Shown here: one piece after another, positions 50,493 through 64,000 of the stretch | Numbering within the stretch: the first letter of the stretch is position 1 | Layout of the letters: each line of letters begins with the position of its first letter | Assembly (NCBI GenBank): GCA_050613775.1 | Contig: JBODTK010000143.1 | Coordinates: forward strand, 1-64,000 | Source: Neocallimastix sp. 'constans' | Lineage: Eukaryota | Direction of reading: 5' to 3' | DNA: 64,000 bases | Made by a program: the position numbers and the translations under genes | The notes under the pieces: generated by a model | Database searches by the model: none | Told to the model about the DNA's origin: nothing | What the model saw: the letters and a program-made list of their open reading frames with translations, nothing else

Positions 50493-53102
50493 ATTGTTCA
50501 AGGTTGTGAATTCAGATAAATATGGCATGGTGATTTGTATATATTTATTATATAATTTTATTTATTTATTTTATTTGTTATATATAAAAAAAAAACATAT
50601 ATTTTATTATTATAAAATATATAAAAAAAAACATATTTTATTATTATTTTATTATTATAAAATCAACAACCAAATTAATAGTTTAATTTTAAACTATAAA
50701 ATAACTATATACAAAATAAAATTAGAGCTAATGAAGCTTTATGAGGCGTATTATATATGTTGTGCATAATGTTCTTATGACATTCATAATACTTAACATA
50801 AATAATAAATAATAAATAATTAAATAATAAATAATAAATAATAAATAATAAATAATAAAAAGAGTATTTATTAATAAATAAAAAATAAAAAAGAATAAAA
50901 AGAGTATTTATTAATAAATAAAAAATAAAAAAGAATAAAAAGAGTATTTATTTATAAATAATAAATAATAAATAATAAAAAGAGTATTTATTAATAAATA
51001 ATGGAATAATAAATAATTTAAGAAAAAGAATATTAATAAATAAAAAGAAATAAAAAAAAAATATTTTTTTCTGACATCATGGATTTGGTCAACCATGGTA
51101 ATATAAAGAAAAAAAAAAACATTAAAATGATTACTACAGATAATAATTATTACATCTATATAACATCTATATAACATCTATATACATCTATATATATATA
51201 ACATATATATATATAACATATATATATTTTTTCATTGTTAATATCTTAATAATTGCAAAGATGTTAATAATAAAAAAAAAAAAAAATAAAATAAAAAAAA
51301 AATCATTTAAAATTAATTAAAAAAAAAAATAATAATAATAAAATAAATAAATAAAAGTTTATAAACTTTAAATTTAATCAGTTTATTATTTTATTTTATT
51401 TTATTTTATTTTATTTTATTTTATTTTTTAAAAATTATTTAGTTTTTCTTTAATTATTAAGAATTATACCAAAAAAAAAAAAAAAAAAATCAGAAACAAC
51501 TTTTTTTTTTTTTTAAACTTTTTTTCTTTCTTTTTAATTTAATGGACATGTTTAATTATGATTTTAATATTCTACTTTTTAAGAGTAACATAAAAGTTAG
51601 AAGTTATATAAAAAAAATAGAAATTTAAAGGGAGATATATAATATAATTATAATAATTCTTTTCATATTTACTGAAAAGATGGTCTTCCTTTTTTTTTTT
51701 TTTTCACCAAATGAAAAAACGAAGAAGTAAAAAAGTTTAAAAAAAAAATAAAAAAAAAATTTGTATCATCCATTTAAAAGATGATACAATGTATTATGTT
51801 ATGTATACGTAAACTAGTAATGTAGAATTAAGTAAATTTTTTAGAGATGACTCAACTCTTTTTTACCAAAAAAAAAAATTTATTAAATGAATCAGGGATA
51901 ATTTCACCAGCCAATTGAATTTTAATAAAAGTATAAAATAAAATAGAGTTTATTGACTTCTTAATTCAATTGATTGAAAATTTCCATAAATTAAAATATA
52001 TTTTATATTATTGTATTTTATTTTATTTAATAAATAATATTATATTTAATTTATTCTATTTAATTAATTAATTAATTACTAATAATTTATTATTATTATT
52101 AATTAATTAATTAATTAATTATTTATTATATTATTTATTATAAATACTCTATTTATTAATTATTATTTATTATTCAATTTATTATTTATTATTCAATTTA
52201 TTATTTATTATTTATTTATTATTTATTATTTATTTATTATTTATTTATTCAATTATTTATTAATAAATACTGCTTTTATTATTCAATTATTTATTTTTTT
52301 ATTTCATATTATAGTTTAAATTAATATCCAATTTTTTATTTAATTAATATTATAATATTTATATATAAACGTATGATTTTATATATTTATTTCCTTGATT
52401 AAAAAAAAAAAAATCTCAGCCAAAGTTTAATACAAATTTAATTAATCAAAATAAAATACTTTATATATAATATGTATAAATAAACTATATTCGTTTCTAT
52501 TTATATTTATATCAATTTAATTACTTATAAATTATTTATATACTTATTATTTATTTATCTATTGATTTAAATAATAAATGGATATACAACTATTTATATA
52601 GCTATATTATATAATATATTATATTATATATTGCTAAATAAATGAGTGAGGAATATTTTTTTAAATATTTTTATAAAGAAAAAAACAAACAAAAAAAAAA
52701 AAAGTTAAAAACTTGTTATTTTTCTTTTTTTTTTTTTTTTTTTTTTTTTATTTTGTTAATAAAACGATTTATAAATGTATTAATAAAATATGGAAATTAC
52801 ATAAAAATAATTCCTATTTTTTAAAGAAAATGAAAAAATTTATGAAATATAAAATTTAATTTATATGATAGATTATATATATATATAAAACATAATAGAT
52901 ATAAATAGATGTATTTATATATATAATATTAAACAACACTTTTATTTAATAATAATATATTTATTAAAGATTTCAAAATCAAATTTGAAATTTGTATATT
53001 CAGTATTATTTATATAGCTTCAATTTATAATCAAAAAAAAAAAATAATCAAGAATAATTATTTTTATGTAGTGGTGTTATTATCAATTGTAATAATTATA
53101 AA

Positions 53103-54721
53103 ATGGTTTCAATTGAATTAAAAAATTTAGATGAAAGTAGTGCAGATATAACTAGTGAAGATATTAATAATAGTGGAGAAATTAGTAACAGTGGAGATAT
53201 TACCAGTGAATCAACTTATAATGAAAGTGAAAATGTTTGTGTGAACATAAATACAAATACAGATAAAAAGCAAAATGTAAGAGAATATCATGTAAAAAAA
53301 GTTGGTGGAGGAGGTCCAGATGAACCAAAATTTATCCCAATGATAATAACAATTATATCTTTTTCATTTTTTACCATTTTAAATGATTGTATTGCAACGA
53401 TTATGTATTCAGATTTAGTTAAAGATTTTGATAAAGAATTAACAACCATTCAATGGGTAACTACTGGATTTGTATTAATATTAGCTATTGGTATGGTATT
53501 TTCTTCATATATTGCTAAACATTTACATATGCGTACTATCTTTTTCACATCCGTTTCCCTATTTGTAGGTGGTTCTTTGATTTGTGTACTTGCTAATTCT
53601 TTCGTGTTATTATTAATTGGTCGTATTATTCAAGCTTTTGGTACGGCATTATTAAGGCCACAAATTTCAAATATTATTATTATTATGGCACCAAGAGATC
53701 GTATTGGTTTTTACCATGGTGTAAGTATGGTAATTATTATTACTGGAAGTGCTATTGGTCCAACACTTTCTGGTTTAATTACTAAATATTTAGGTTGGAG
53801 ATTTGTTTTTGCCTTTTTAATTCCTATACCTTTAATTAGTGGGATTATTGGGTACTGGACTGTTGGTAATATTATAGAACAGGATGATACCAATTTAGAT
53901 ATTCTGTCAGTTATTTTAGCTATTTTGGGTTATGGTGGTATTTCTTATGGTTTAGGTAGTATTGGTGATTATGGCTTTGGTTCACCTTTAGTCATTTCTA
54001 CAATTGTTGTAGGTGCCATATCATTAGTCGGATTCTTCTTTTGGGAGTATTACTGTAAAAATCCTATAGTCTCTCTTAAGGGTTTGGGAAGTTCAGTCTT
54101 TATTGTAAATGTATTATTAAGTAATATTGTTAGCTCAAGTCTCGGAGGATGGTTAGCCATTTTACCTTTCATCATTCAAAACTACTTAGGAAAAAGTTCC
54201 TTCGTTAGTGGATTAGCTTTATTACCGGGTGGTATTGTTAATGCGTTACTAAACATTGTTGGTGGTAAAATCTATGATCGATATTACTTTAAATATGGTT
54301 CAAGTGGTATTTTTTTACTATTAATGGGAAGTATCTTCTTCTTCGTTATGCATGTTACCGATCAAATCAAATTATGGGTTATCATTGTAGGCTATATTAT
54401 TGGTAATGTTGGTGTACCTATCGTTGCATGTCTCTATACCCCCGCCTCTTTAACTTGTGTTCCTCCTCAATCTACTCCTCATGCGGCTGCTCTCTTCCAT
54501 TCATTTTATCAACTTTTCTCTGCCTTATATTCAGCCGTTTATATTACTTTATTAAATAACTTTGATAGTGTCTCATTTGTCTCAAGTAAAGAACCATTAA
54601 TTAATGGTGGTGCTGTATGCTTCTTATTTTCCATTGTCATTTTTGGTCTCACTCTAATTATTTCTATTCTATGGAGTATTTACTACTTTAAGGATCATGA
54701 TGTTAAAGGAAATCTTAAGCA

Positions 54722-54725
<4 letters not shown>
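53103..54725 (+). CDS. MFS transporter, DHA2 (EmrB/QacA, LmrB-like) family, 540 aa
   Basis: About 14 hydrophobic segments; IQWVTTGF, LLIGRIIQAFG (motif B-like), GSAIGPTLSG (motif C-like), LGWRFVF, LDILSVIL, SGLALLPG. Intronless, with an acidic N-terminal extension. Confidence 0.9.
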
Positions 54726-54764
<39 letters not shown>

Positions 54765-54934
54765 AATTAAAAAAAAAATTAATAATAATAACATAGACAA
54801 TATAATAAATTTAAAGATGATATAATAATATTTAGTAAAAATATTTTTTATTTAAAAAAAAAGTTAATATTCTATATAAATATAGATATATATATAAAGT
54901 AAAGAAAAAAAAAAAAAAAAAAAAAAAAAAGTCC

Positions 54935-54975
<41 letters not shown>

Positions 54976-55980
54976 GGAATCATTGTTTTTATAATTTTTT
55001 ATTAATATTATTATTATTTAAATTTTTTATTTTTTTCTTAATTTTTATTTTACATATAATTTAATATGTTTTTTTTTTTTTGTTTATTTAAGTATAAGTT
55101 TTTACATTTTTACATTTTATATTTCAATACTACATTTTATTTTAATATATATTATATATATTTTTTATTTTTATTTTTTTTATTTAAAACAATTATAATA
55201 CTAATAATAATAATAATAATAATAACGATAGTAATAATAATAATAATATAATAATAATAATAATAATCTAAGAATTATTAAAAAATTAATAATTCTATGT
55301 TTAGGGAAACATTATTAATTATATTAATATTAACTGATAGATTAAAAATATATATATTTATAATATTTTTTATTATTTTTTTTTTTTATTTTCATTATGT
55401 ATTAATGAAAAAAATAAATTAATAATAAATAAATAAATAAATAAATAAATAAATTTATTAATAATAAATAAAAAAATTTATTAATAATAAATACTAATAT
55501 AGGAATGTATAAAATGGAGTGAAAAGTCTTTTTTTTTTTTTTTTTTTTTGTTTTTATGTTTTTATATATATAAATTTTTTAAAACTATTTATTCCATATA
55601 GACTTTCTTTTCTAAAATATTTATATAGGTGTATTTTTTTTTTTTTTTTTTTTTTTTATTAAATTAGAGCATTATAAACCGACGATTGATTAATAATATA
55701 TATTATATAATATATATATATAATTTTTTTTTTTTTTTTTTGTATATTTTTCATATATTAGTTTTTTTGATATATCAATCATTAATAATAATCAGTTATT
55801 TAAAGTAGGAGCAATAGGATCATACTATGAAATTAAGAAATTAGGAAATAGTATTCGTTCTTTCTTTTCGTTTGGGTATTCGCTTGTTTTTTTTTTTTTG
55901 AAAAGTTTTATATATATATATATATTTAGCTTTATTTATCTTAAATAGTGTTATATTACATTAAAATTAATTATATATAT

Positions 55981-56034
<54 letters not shown>

Positions 56035-56099
56035 AAATAATGAAATTTTTTTTTATTTATAATTTCCTATACCATAATTCTAATAATTATACTTTAACA

Positions 56100-56760
56100 T
56101 TCTTCCCTCAAATCTAACGTCTTCATTGACGGATGTTAAAATTATTATAACCGGGGATAAACTTTATAGGTAAACTTTCCTTAAATTTACTCAATATTAG
56201 TCCCATTAAGGTATTATGTAAATCCCCCAGCTAAATTTCTTTTAGATTTAATATATTCTAGCTTTACTTTATTCTCTTTTTATTAGATTTATTATAAGAT
56301 GATATTTTTTATCAACATGCTTCGATTTTTGGGTTGATAGATTGATTTTGGCAATTTATAGATTGTCAGCTCTATTATCCACATAAATTGATATGAACTG
56401 ATGATTGATACCTAATTCTTTCATTACGTTCATGTAACCATAAATCCATGTTTGGCGCAATCACGGATACTGTAATACTCAGCTTCAGCTGTGGAAGTAG
56501 CCACGCAGTGCTGAAGCTTTGACTTCCACCTTGTAGGTGAATTCTCTTATATGAATGTAATTTAGCTGTTTCGACGAACATCTTCCCAAAAATGGTGGCT
56601 TAATTTAGTGTCGTTTAAAAAAAAAAGAGCTTTTTGTAGAGTTTATTAGTGTGCCGTTAAATCTTTCGGGCACGTCCATTCTGTTGATGGGGTTATATTG
56701 GGGATGGTGAAGTGATGAATAATAATCTCCATGATTGTCACAAGAACTAAATAAATATTT
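56100..56760 (-). pseudogene. Copia 3' relic (IN and RNaseH fragments, PPT)
   Basis: Minus strand HQQNGRA...RFNGTLIN and KLQHCVATSTAEAEYY. PPT TTTGAGGGAAGAA precedes TGTTAAAG at 56099. Confidence 0.75.
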
Positions 56761-57779
56761 ATTCAAAAAGGTAAAAGATAAGAATCAAAACAGTGACATT
56801 TAGTATGTAAGGCAAGTTAGGCACCATTGAGTAACGATAACCAAGGTATAACGATGCTGATATCGTTGGTAAAGAACGAATATAATAATAGATTATTTAC
56901 TAGAATTTCAATTTACTTTAACATCCATTATATGGTTCTTCACTTAATATTACTTTACTATATTTTCTATGATAAAATATTTTATAAATAATTTTTTTTT
57001 TTTTTTTTTATATTTTTATTTAGTAGTTATTAATATATTATCAATAATTCTATATTTTTATTATTAATATCAATATCTATAAAATAACTTTTTATTTTTA
57101 TTATTTTATTAAAATGTATATTAACACTATTAATATTCTATTTTATTTTTATTTTTAAATGTATTATTATTAAATTATTATATTATATCAATAATAAAAT
57201 TGTATTCTTTTTAATATAATATTTTATTTTTAAAATTGATTACTTAATTTCATAAAAATTTCTATTCAATTCCCCACAAACAAAATCAAATCCAATCTGA
57301 ATAGATTAATAATAAATATTCAATATATTATATCTTTTAAATTTATTTTATATAAAATATAAGAATATTATATTAATTTTCTTGATTAAAATTATATAAT
57401 TTTTGTGTAAAACCTTTTTAAATTTTGTTCATTATTTTTCGTATATATTAAATACTTTTTGTTTTAGTATATGAAAAATAATATAAAATTATATAACCAA
57501 AATTTATTAAAGGTTAAATAATTATGAATAAGTTAATTTAATTCAATATAAAATTAGGAATAATTAGTAATAGTTGATAATTTTTTTTTTTAGATAAGAT
57601 GATAAATGTAGAAAAAGGCTTTATCTATTTATTTTCTTTCAAAAAGTATCAATAGGTGAAGTTTTTCAATAATTAAAATGTAGACTTTTTAAAACATAAA
57701 AAAGAATTTAATAAATAAAATAAATAAATAAATAAATAAAATAAATAAATAAAATAAATAAGTAAAATAAATAAAAAAG

Positions 57780-58400
57780 TCTTAAATAACCACGAACCTT
57801 AGCATCGTTTCAAAAACCAACTTTTATACTGTCGTCAATATCGTGATCAATGCTTTCCTATGCTTCTATGAATATTTTTTTTTTTTTTGTAAAGTGGCCA
57901 TAAAAAGAAATATTTATATCTTGATCTTCATTAAAATTTTTAAAATTTAAGATTTTTTATCTTGTCCTTTTAAGTCTTGTTTTTCTTTTCCCCAAATTAC
58001 TAGCTGGTGAAAGATTTTTCTAATGTCGTCCAAGTTTTGGTGAGCTGTCATCCCTTGACTTTCAACGATTTATTCTTTTTGGTTTTTCTCACTGAAAAAG
58101 AGTTTAATTTTAAGATTCCCCATGTTTACTATTATGTCATTCTTTATCTCTAATAGGCTAGTTTCTTTATCATACACAAGGGTATGTATCAAATTTGTCA
58201 TCTCTATAAGTCGTCAATGTCGTTTCCCTGATATGTTCTTTTCTTGAGTTTCTTAAACCCTTTTTTTTTTTTTTTTTTTTTTTTTTGGATGAAATAATTT
58301 TCAAAATTGTTGATGGATAGAAGATTTACAGCATATTATTATTATTTTTTTTTTACAACTAACATAGTTTGTCCCGATGACAATTCAACGATTCTATTGA
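57780..58400 (-). pseudogene. Probable decayed Copia gag fragment
   Basis: Relatively GC-rich, coding-like on the minus strand, heavily frameshifted. No decisive motif. Confidence 0.35.
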
Positions 58401-58600
58401 AACTTTTGGAGTAATTGAAATTAATTCCTTTAGGATTAATTTCATGACATTCATTAATTAATTTACGATTGGTTGGTTTCATTTTGTTTATCTATCGATA
58501 CGGTTCATATTAATTTATTAAGTTATTTTATGTGGGTTAATACGTGATGCAACATGAATGAGTAAAGCATTCTATTTATGATTTTTATTTTTTTAAAAGA

Positions 58601-58631
<31 letters not shown>

Positions 58632-59100
58632 TAAATTATGTGTTTATCAATTGTGTTGATTCAGTATTTAGAATACAAGGTATTAATTAAATTTAATTTA
58701 ATTCCATTTAGTGTTGTACCAACTGCTATCATTATGAAAAAAAATAATGATTATTTATGACTATTAACGTAATAAATATTGATTGATATATTCAATTTAT
58801 AGCTCTACCAATAGTTATCATTATGAAAAGTAGTTGATGATTTAGGATTATTAATGTGATGAATATTGATTGGTATGCTATTAAAGAATTTTTCTTTGGA
58901 ATTTAGAAAAATAATTTTCTAAAAAAGATGTAATTTTTCTGGTCGGTGTGATTAATTTTGATGTGGTACTGATAGCTATTATTGATGCTGATGGCTGTTC
59001 TATTTTAATTGAATTTTATGAAACTATTTTTTTTTTTTTTTTGGAATGTATTTTCTAAATATTTAGTTATTCCGAATTGGTCTGATTAATTTTTTTTTTT

Positions 59101-59145
<45 letters not shown>

Positions 59146-59639
59146 TAGAGTTGTTCCTATTGGTGTATAAAAAGGGTTATTTTTATGTAATTTGATAAAG
59201 TTTTATAGTTTGGTGTATTAATAATATCAATGGGGTCTATATTAATTTTGCTTAATAGACTAGATTATATTTAACATTTTAACAATTAATACATTGTTAT
59301 GATTTGATTATAATGACTAATAAATAATTTTTTTTGTGTTTATTTTCTGAAGTTATCGTAGTAGTATTGTCTATTTATGTTATTCTTTATTTATGTATTC
59401 GTTTTGTTTGATTAATAGTAACTATAAGTATTTGATTATGTAAAGTTTATTTTAAATTATTTTTACTTGTTTACAAAAACATTATTCATTAATATTACAT
59501 ATCGATTTTGTTCCTTTTATTTTAAATATATATATATAATGAAAATTTTATTTATTTATCATTTCCTATGCTATAATTCTATATTAGAATATAAAAAGTT
59601 AAAATATTACTTATTCTATATGATATATAATCATAATTT

Positions 59640-62600
59640 TGTTAGAATATAAAATGTTAAAATATTATTCTACCACTGAATTATCCAATGATAATTCAGT
59701 GGTAGAATTCATAAAAATAGACAAATGTCATTTTGTTTTACTTTTAATCTTTATCTTAAAAAAATATATAGAGAGATATTTTCATTAATAATTAATATAA
59801 ATAAACAAGATATTGAAACATATTATTTAATTATTAACAGATTAAGAGTCTCCATGACTCTTTCCTTGAGCTATTTATTTATTCTCAAAATTTTTATTTA
59901 CAAGAAAGCTAACCAAATTAAAAGATAAAATATTTAAGCTGAAAAGGATCATTTAACCAAATTAAAAGATAAAATGTTAAGCTGAAAAGGGTCATATAAC
60001 CAAATTAAAAGATAAAATGTTTAAGCTGAAAAGGGTCATATAACCAAATTAAAAGATAAAATGTTTAAGCTGAAAAGGGTCATATAACCAAATTAAAAGA
60101 TAAAATGTTTAAGCTGAAAAGGGTCATATAACCAAATTAAAAGATAAAATGTTTAAGCTGAAAAGGGTCATTTAACCAGATTAAAAGATAAAATGTTAAG
60201 CTGAAAAAGGTGTCAGATACCTAAATTAAAAGATAAAATGTTTAGCTGAAAAAAAAAGGTCCGCTAACCAAATAAAAATCATGTTGATTAAAATAAACCA
60301 ACCAAACATATATAAAGGATTAGAATTGTGTACATAATTAAAATTTAAAAATATAGGAGGTCCTCCTCTCCTTATAATTCATAAGGAGAAGTAATAATAC
60401 TTATAAAACGAATAATCAATTGTAACTTGAAAATAATTCATAACATCATTTAAAATAAAAACAGAGAATAAAAATAAAACAATGAACTATTACCCCATTT
60501 AGCTTTTAATATAAACAAACGTAAACTATTAATTATACAAAAATAATGTATATAAAATGCATGCCCATATTTTTTTTTTTTTTTTTTTTTTTTAAATTTG
60601 TAATACAAGTAATTAATCACAAGTTTGATAATTGTCAAATCAAATGTTAACAGTAATCAGTAATTTATATAAAACATTATAATTAGTATATTTTTAGAAT
60701 ATTAAAATTTTTAATATATGAATGTATATATATTCAACATTTGATCAATTATCTGAAAATTTATATAAAACACTCGGTTTTTTTTTTTTTTTTTTTTTTA
60801 CTCTTCATAAAATAGATAAATAATCTAATAGTAATCCTTATATTGAACAACCAAATCAATGAAAACTTGTCATCACTTATGAATGATGCACCCAAATCAT
60901 TCAAAGGAATCAAATTTAATTATTCAAAAAAAAAAAAAAAATTTTAACAGAATAACTGAATTATCAACGGAAAACTACAATAGCAGGAAAACAAACATCC
61001 TCTATCTTTTTTACTATTAATAACCTTGAAAGCTATATTACAGAGGAAAAAGATCACTGATATCATTTATCTATTAATTCATATTCATCTAATGCATTTT
61101 TTGGAGTGTATGGATGAATATGTTTATGTCTGTCTTCATCTTTATTGAATTTAAGATTATTCATTTCAGTTTGGATTTCTAATTTTCTACGTTCTGCACT
61201 TCTAGTAAACGATTTTCTAAGAGTATGCCAGATCTGGAATTCGGTTTTTTATACCGTGTTCCTCGATTATATTTTTTTTTTTTTTTTTTTTTTAGTGCTT
61301 TCTCCTAGGCCGTTTAGTATTATCCATTTAACTAGACCTTCAATTTTGATATCTAGTAAACTAGCTAGTATTCTTAATTGTATACCAGATTACTATCAAA
61401 ACGGTCCTCCAAAGGTAGTCATCAATATCATCTTTGACATCCTTTTTCCTGAGTTTTTTTTTTTTTTTTTTTTTTGATCCAAACAAGGCAGGGATACTAA
61501 GCCGATCGCTTCCAGAAAATCTCAGATGGATCAATGTATTCTAATATAAAAATGATTGGAATAAATGATGTGAATATGTAAAGAATGTCATCCCTGATAT
61601 CATTTTTTTTTCTTTCAAATCTAAGAGAAACTCTATCAATCCAAGAAAGCCATAACAAATTATTTAATGAAGAAAAAGGTAAACCCTTAGATACAACAAA
61701 TCCGAAATATAACTCATATAAACATAAAAAGAATGCCAGGAAAATGTTTTACCTGTGGAACTTTTGGACACTATTCAAGAGACAGTAGACTGTATAAAAT
61801 CCAACAAATTCAAAAACACAATAAAAAACGTAAAAAAAAATGCGTAAAACTCAAGAACCAGGGATGACAAAACCTAGATACCCTCCCAAAAAAAAAAAAG
61901 AATAGATATACTACTCACAAAACGTAAATACTCTCCCCATCAAGCATTCAGCATCTATTTAATTTAACGGAAAAAGAAAGAAGACCCTTTTTTACGTTTA
62001 AGGACTACGACACCGAAACATCAACTATTCTTACGATATCAGAGGTCCATCTCAGTTATAATACTGCCCTCACTCTCACGAATTTCAACGACTCCGTTTT
62101 TAAGCTTGGATGATTGATTCCGGAGCATCAATGAATATTATTAATTCAGCTTCGGTCCTTCTGAAATATACCAAGAAGTAAAAATGAACCTATCTCTACA
62201 GCTAATGGAGAATTAATGGACAGCAGTCGTTTCAGGAACAATTTATTTATTGGATATATTGGCAAAAAAAAAAAAAAAAAAAGAAATTCATACTGAACGA
62301 TGTATATTATATATTCCAAGGAGTTAATAAGAATATCATGTCCGTGAGTAGGCTTTTTTACAATACAAAAGTTCAAAATCGTCTTTCATAATATTCAAAA
62401 TAAATCAGCAGTCTCTATAGATATGACATAATAAGCTAACAATCAACAAGACCATCTCTTGCATTCAAACAGACAATGGTACAGAATTCAGTAATATCAA
62501 ATTCCAATCTTTTTTTGTCGAGATAATGGTTATTATTCATAGGTTCTCCGTCCCTTACAACCCCCAGCAGAATAGAAGAATAGAGAGGGGATTCAATGGA

Positions 62601-63300
62601 ACTCCTCATCTCATCTCATCTCAGCTTGCAAAAAAAAGTCTTCTCCGTCGGTGACTGACTCACAACAATTAAGTCACCAATTTTTGGGAATAGGCTTGTA
62701 GATACAGCAAATTATATTCATAATGGTATATCCCATCAGGGCATTAATAATAAATTTCCTTTCGAAATCATCACAAATTCCAAAGTAGACTATTCCTATT
62801 CTCGCTTTAAAGTTTTTTTTTTTTTTTGGTTGTATAGTTTTCTTCTACATTCCTAAGACTCCTTTATTTTAGGAGCAAGTTTGATAACAATGCTTCACCT
62901 TGGAAAATTTTTCTTGGTTATAGTGAAATTCCTAAAGCCTTTAAAATTTTGGATATTTAATAACCATAAAATTATTCTTTCGAGAACAGTTGAATTTTTT
63001 TTGAGGACACGCCCTGAAAATTCGCTGATTATATTTTTCCTACCCAATATTCAATCAAAAATTTTCTTCCTCCTTCCGAACTCAGGGAGAAAAGTCCCAT
63101 CCTACAACACCACAACCACTCTATTTATTAATCCTACAGACAGACAGGGAAATCAATCAATAAAATATTAACAAATAAAGAAAAGAATAGAAAAAACGGA
63201 AACCACTGACCCTAGTATCAGGAAACAAAAAATATGGAATTGACTATGAAGCAACATTTTCTCCAACATTAAAACAAGACAACTATCTCTTCGATTAATA
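59640..63300 (+). mobile_element. Decayed Copia: 5' LTR, PBS, leader minisatellite, gag-PR-IN-RT relics
   Basis: LTR ~59640-59839 ending TTAACA; PBS GATTAAGAGTCTC 59840-59852; KCFTCGTFGHYSRD (~61742); WMIDSGAS (~62107); TDNGTEF (~62470); YGIDYEATFSPTLKQD (~63233). Confidence 0.82.
59910..60272 (+). repeat. 44-bp minisatellite, about 8 copies
   Basis: Unit TAACCAAATTAAAAGATAAAATGTTTAAGCTGAAAAGGGTCATA; no spacers. Confidence 0.93.
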
Positions 63301-63644
63301 GGGAATTCCTAGCATATGGGTTCATATGCACGTAGCTAAACTACGAATAATCAATTTGCTAACAAAAATACTACTACCAAAGTGGGATAGCACGTGACTC
63401 ATTGGGCTAGCTTACTCTAGCCTCGCTTCTCGGGAGTTAGGCACCGAAAAAGCATTCCGAGAAAAATTGTGCTATAAAATCTAAGCAATAATAATGTATG
63501 GTTAGAGTGCCAATGCTGAATAAACAGTAAGACTATCCAGTAGGGACTATATATACACAAATGCCGTGACTACCTTAATATTCCCATGTCTTGAGGGGGG
63601 CATAGGACGGTACACACCGGAAATAAAAAAAAAAAAAAAAAAAA
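63301..63644 (+). ncRNA. Candidate highly structured non-coding element followed by A20
   Basis: GC-enriched island, stops in all six frames, many perfect 5-7-bp stems and two possible pseudoknots. Family not recognised. Confidence 0.45.
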
Positions 63645-63793
63645 TCTTAATTTAAAAAAGGTTAGAAAAATTTTAATTTATAAAAAATTAGTATTTTTTT
63701 TTTTTTTTATTTAAACTAATTAAACAATTATATCATAATTCAACTCTATGGTACCTAAATACAACCATATTTACTTTTGAATTTTTATTAATA

Positions 63794-63824
<31 letters not shown>

Positions 63825-64000
63825 TATTATTATTATTATTATTATTTTTAGAAGAAAAATTATATTTATGTTTTTTTTTTTGTTAATGATAATTTGAATT
63901 TTTTTTCTTAATTATTTTCACTAATTTCTATTTTTATGTTTACTTTTTCATTTTTAATTTCTATTTTTATGTTTTTACTTTTCATTTTTTAAAATTAAAT

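Noticed and set aside
50085..50528. 147-aa hydrophobic ORF, and similar short I/L/F/Y/K-rich ORFs elsewhere
   Set aside because: Translation of simple repeats, or antisense shadows of retroelement ORFs.
59910..60272. CRISPR array
   Set aside because: Head-to-tail units with no unique spacers, no cas genes, eukaryotic context.
63520..63560. Group I intron R/S-like words (GACTA / TAGTCC)
   Set aside because: The complementary partner is not present in the required order on either strand.

Overview
Extremely AT-rich, homopolymer-rich eukaryotic DNA. Composition and the bacterial-like transporter suggest an anaerobic gut fungus (Neocallimastigomycota); this is inference. The window is mostly a retrotransposon nest. 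It holds two chromodomain-bearing Ty3/Gypsy elements (A, 12431-18328, LTRs identical by eye, with RT/RNaseH deleted in frame; B, 19194-~25851, decayed) inserted into an older Gypsy relic. It also holds a near full-length but disabled Ty1/Copia (28132-34610), a young 934-bp TRIM (49030-49963), two solo LTRs, several Copia/Gypsy relics, and a dispersed AT-rich repeat family, two copies of which form a ~12.5-kb foldback containing a lectin-like exon. Only two probable cellular ORFs are present: an orphan 413-aa ORF and an intronless DHA2-type MFS transporter. The most interesting signals are non-coding: (1) tRNA-derived A/B boxes in U3 of three Gypsy LTR families; (2) Tf1-type self-priming with a compensatory change between families; (3) large structured domains in the Gypsy leaders that appear to fold on the antisense strand; (4) Copia/TRIM elements with a PBS matching the tRNA-Lys(CUU) anticodon arm, two of which have non-canonical TG...AA LTR ends. 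All alignments and base-pairings were read by eye, so boundaries of decayed elements are approximate.
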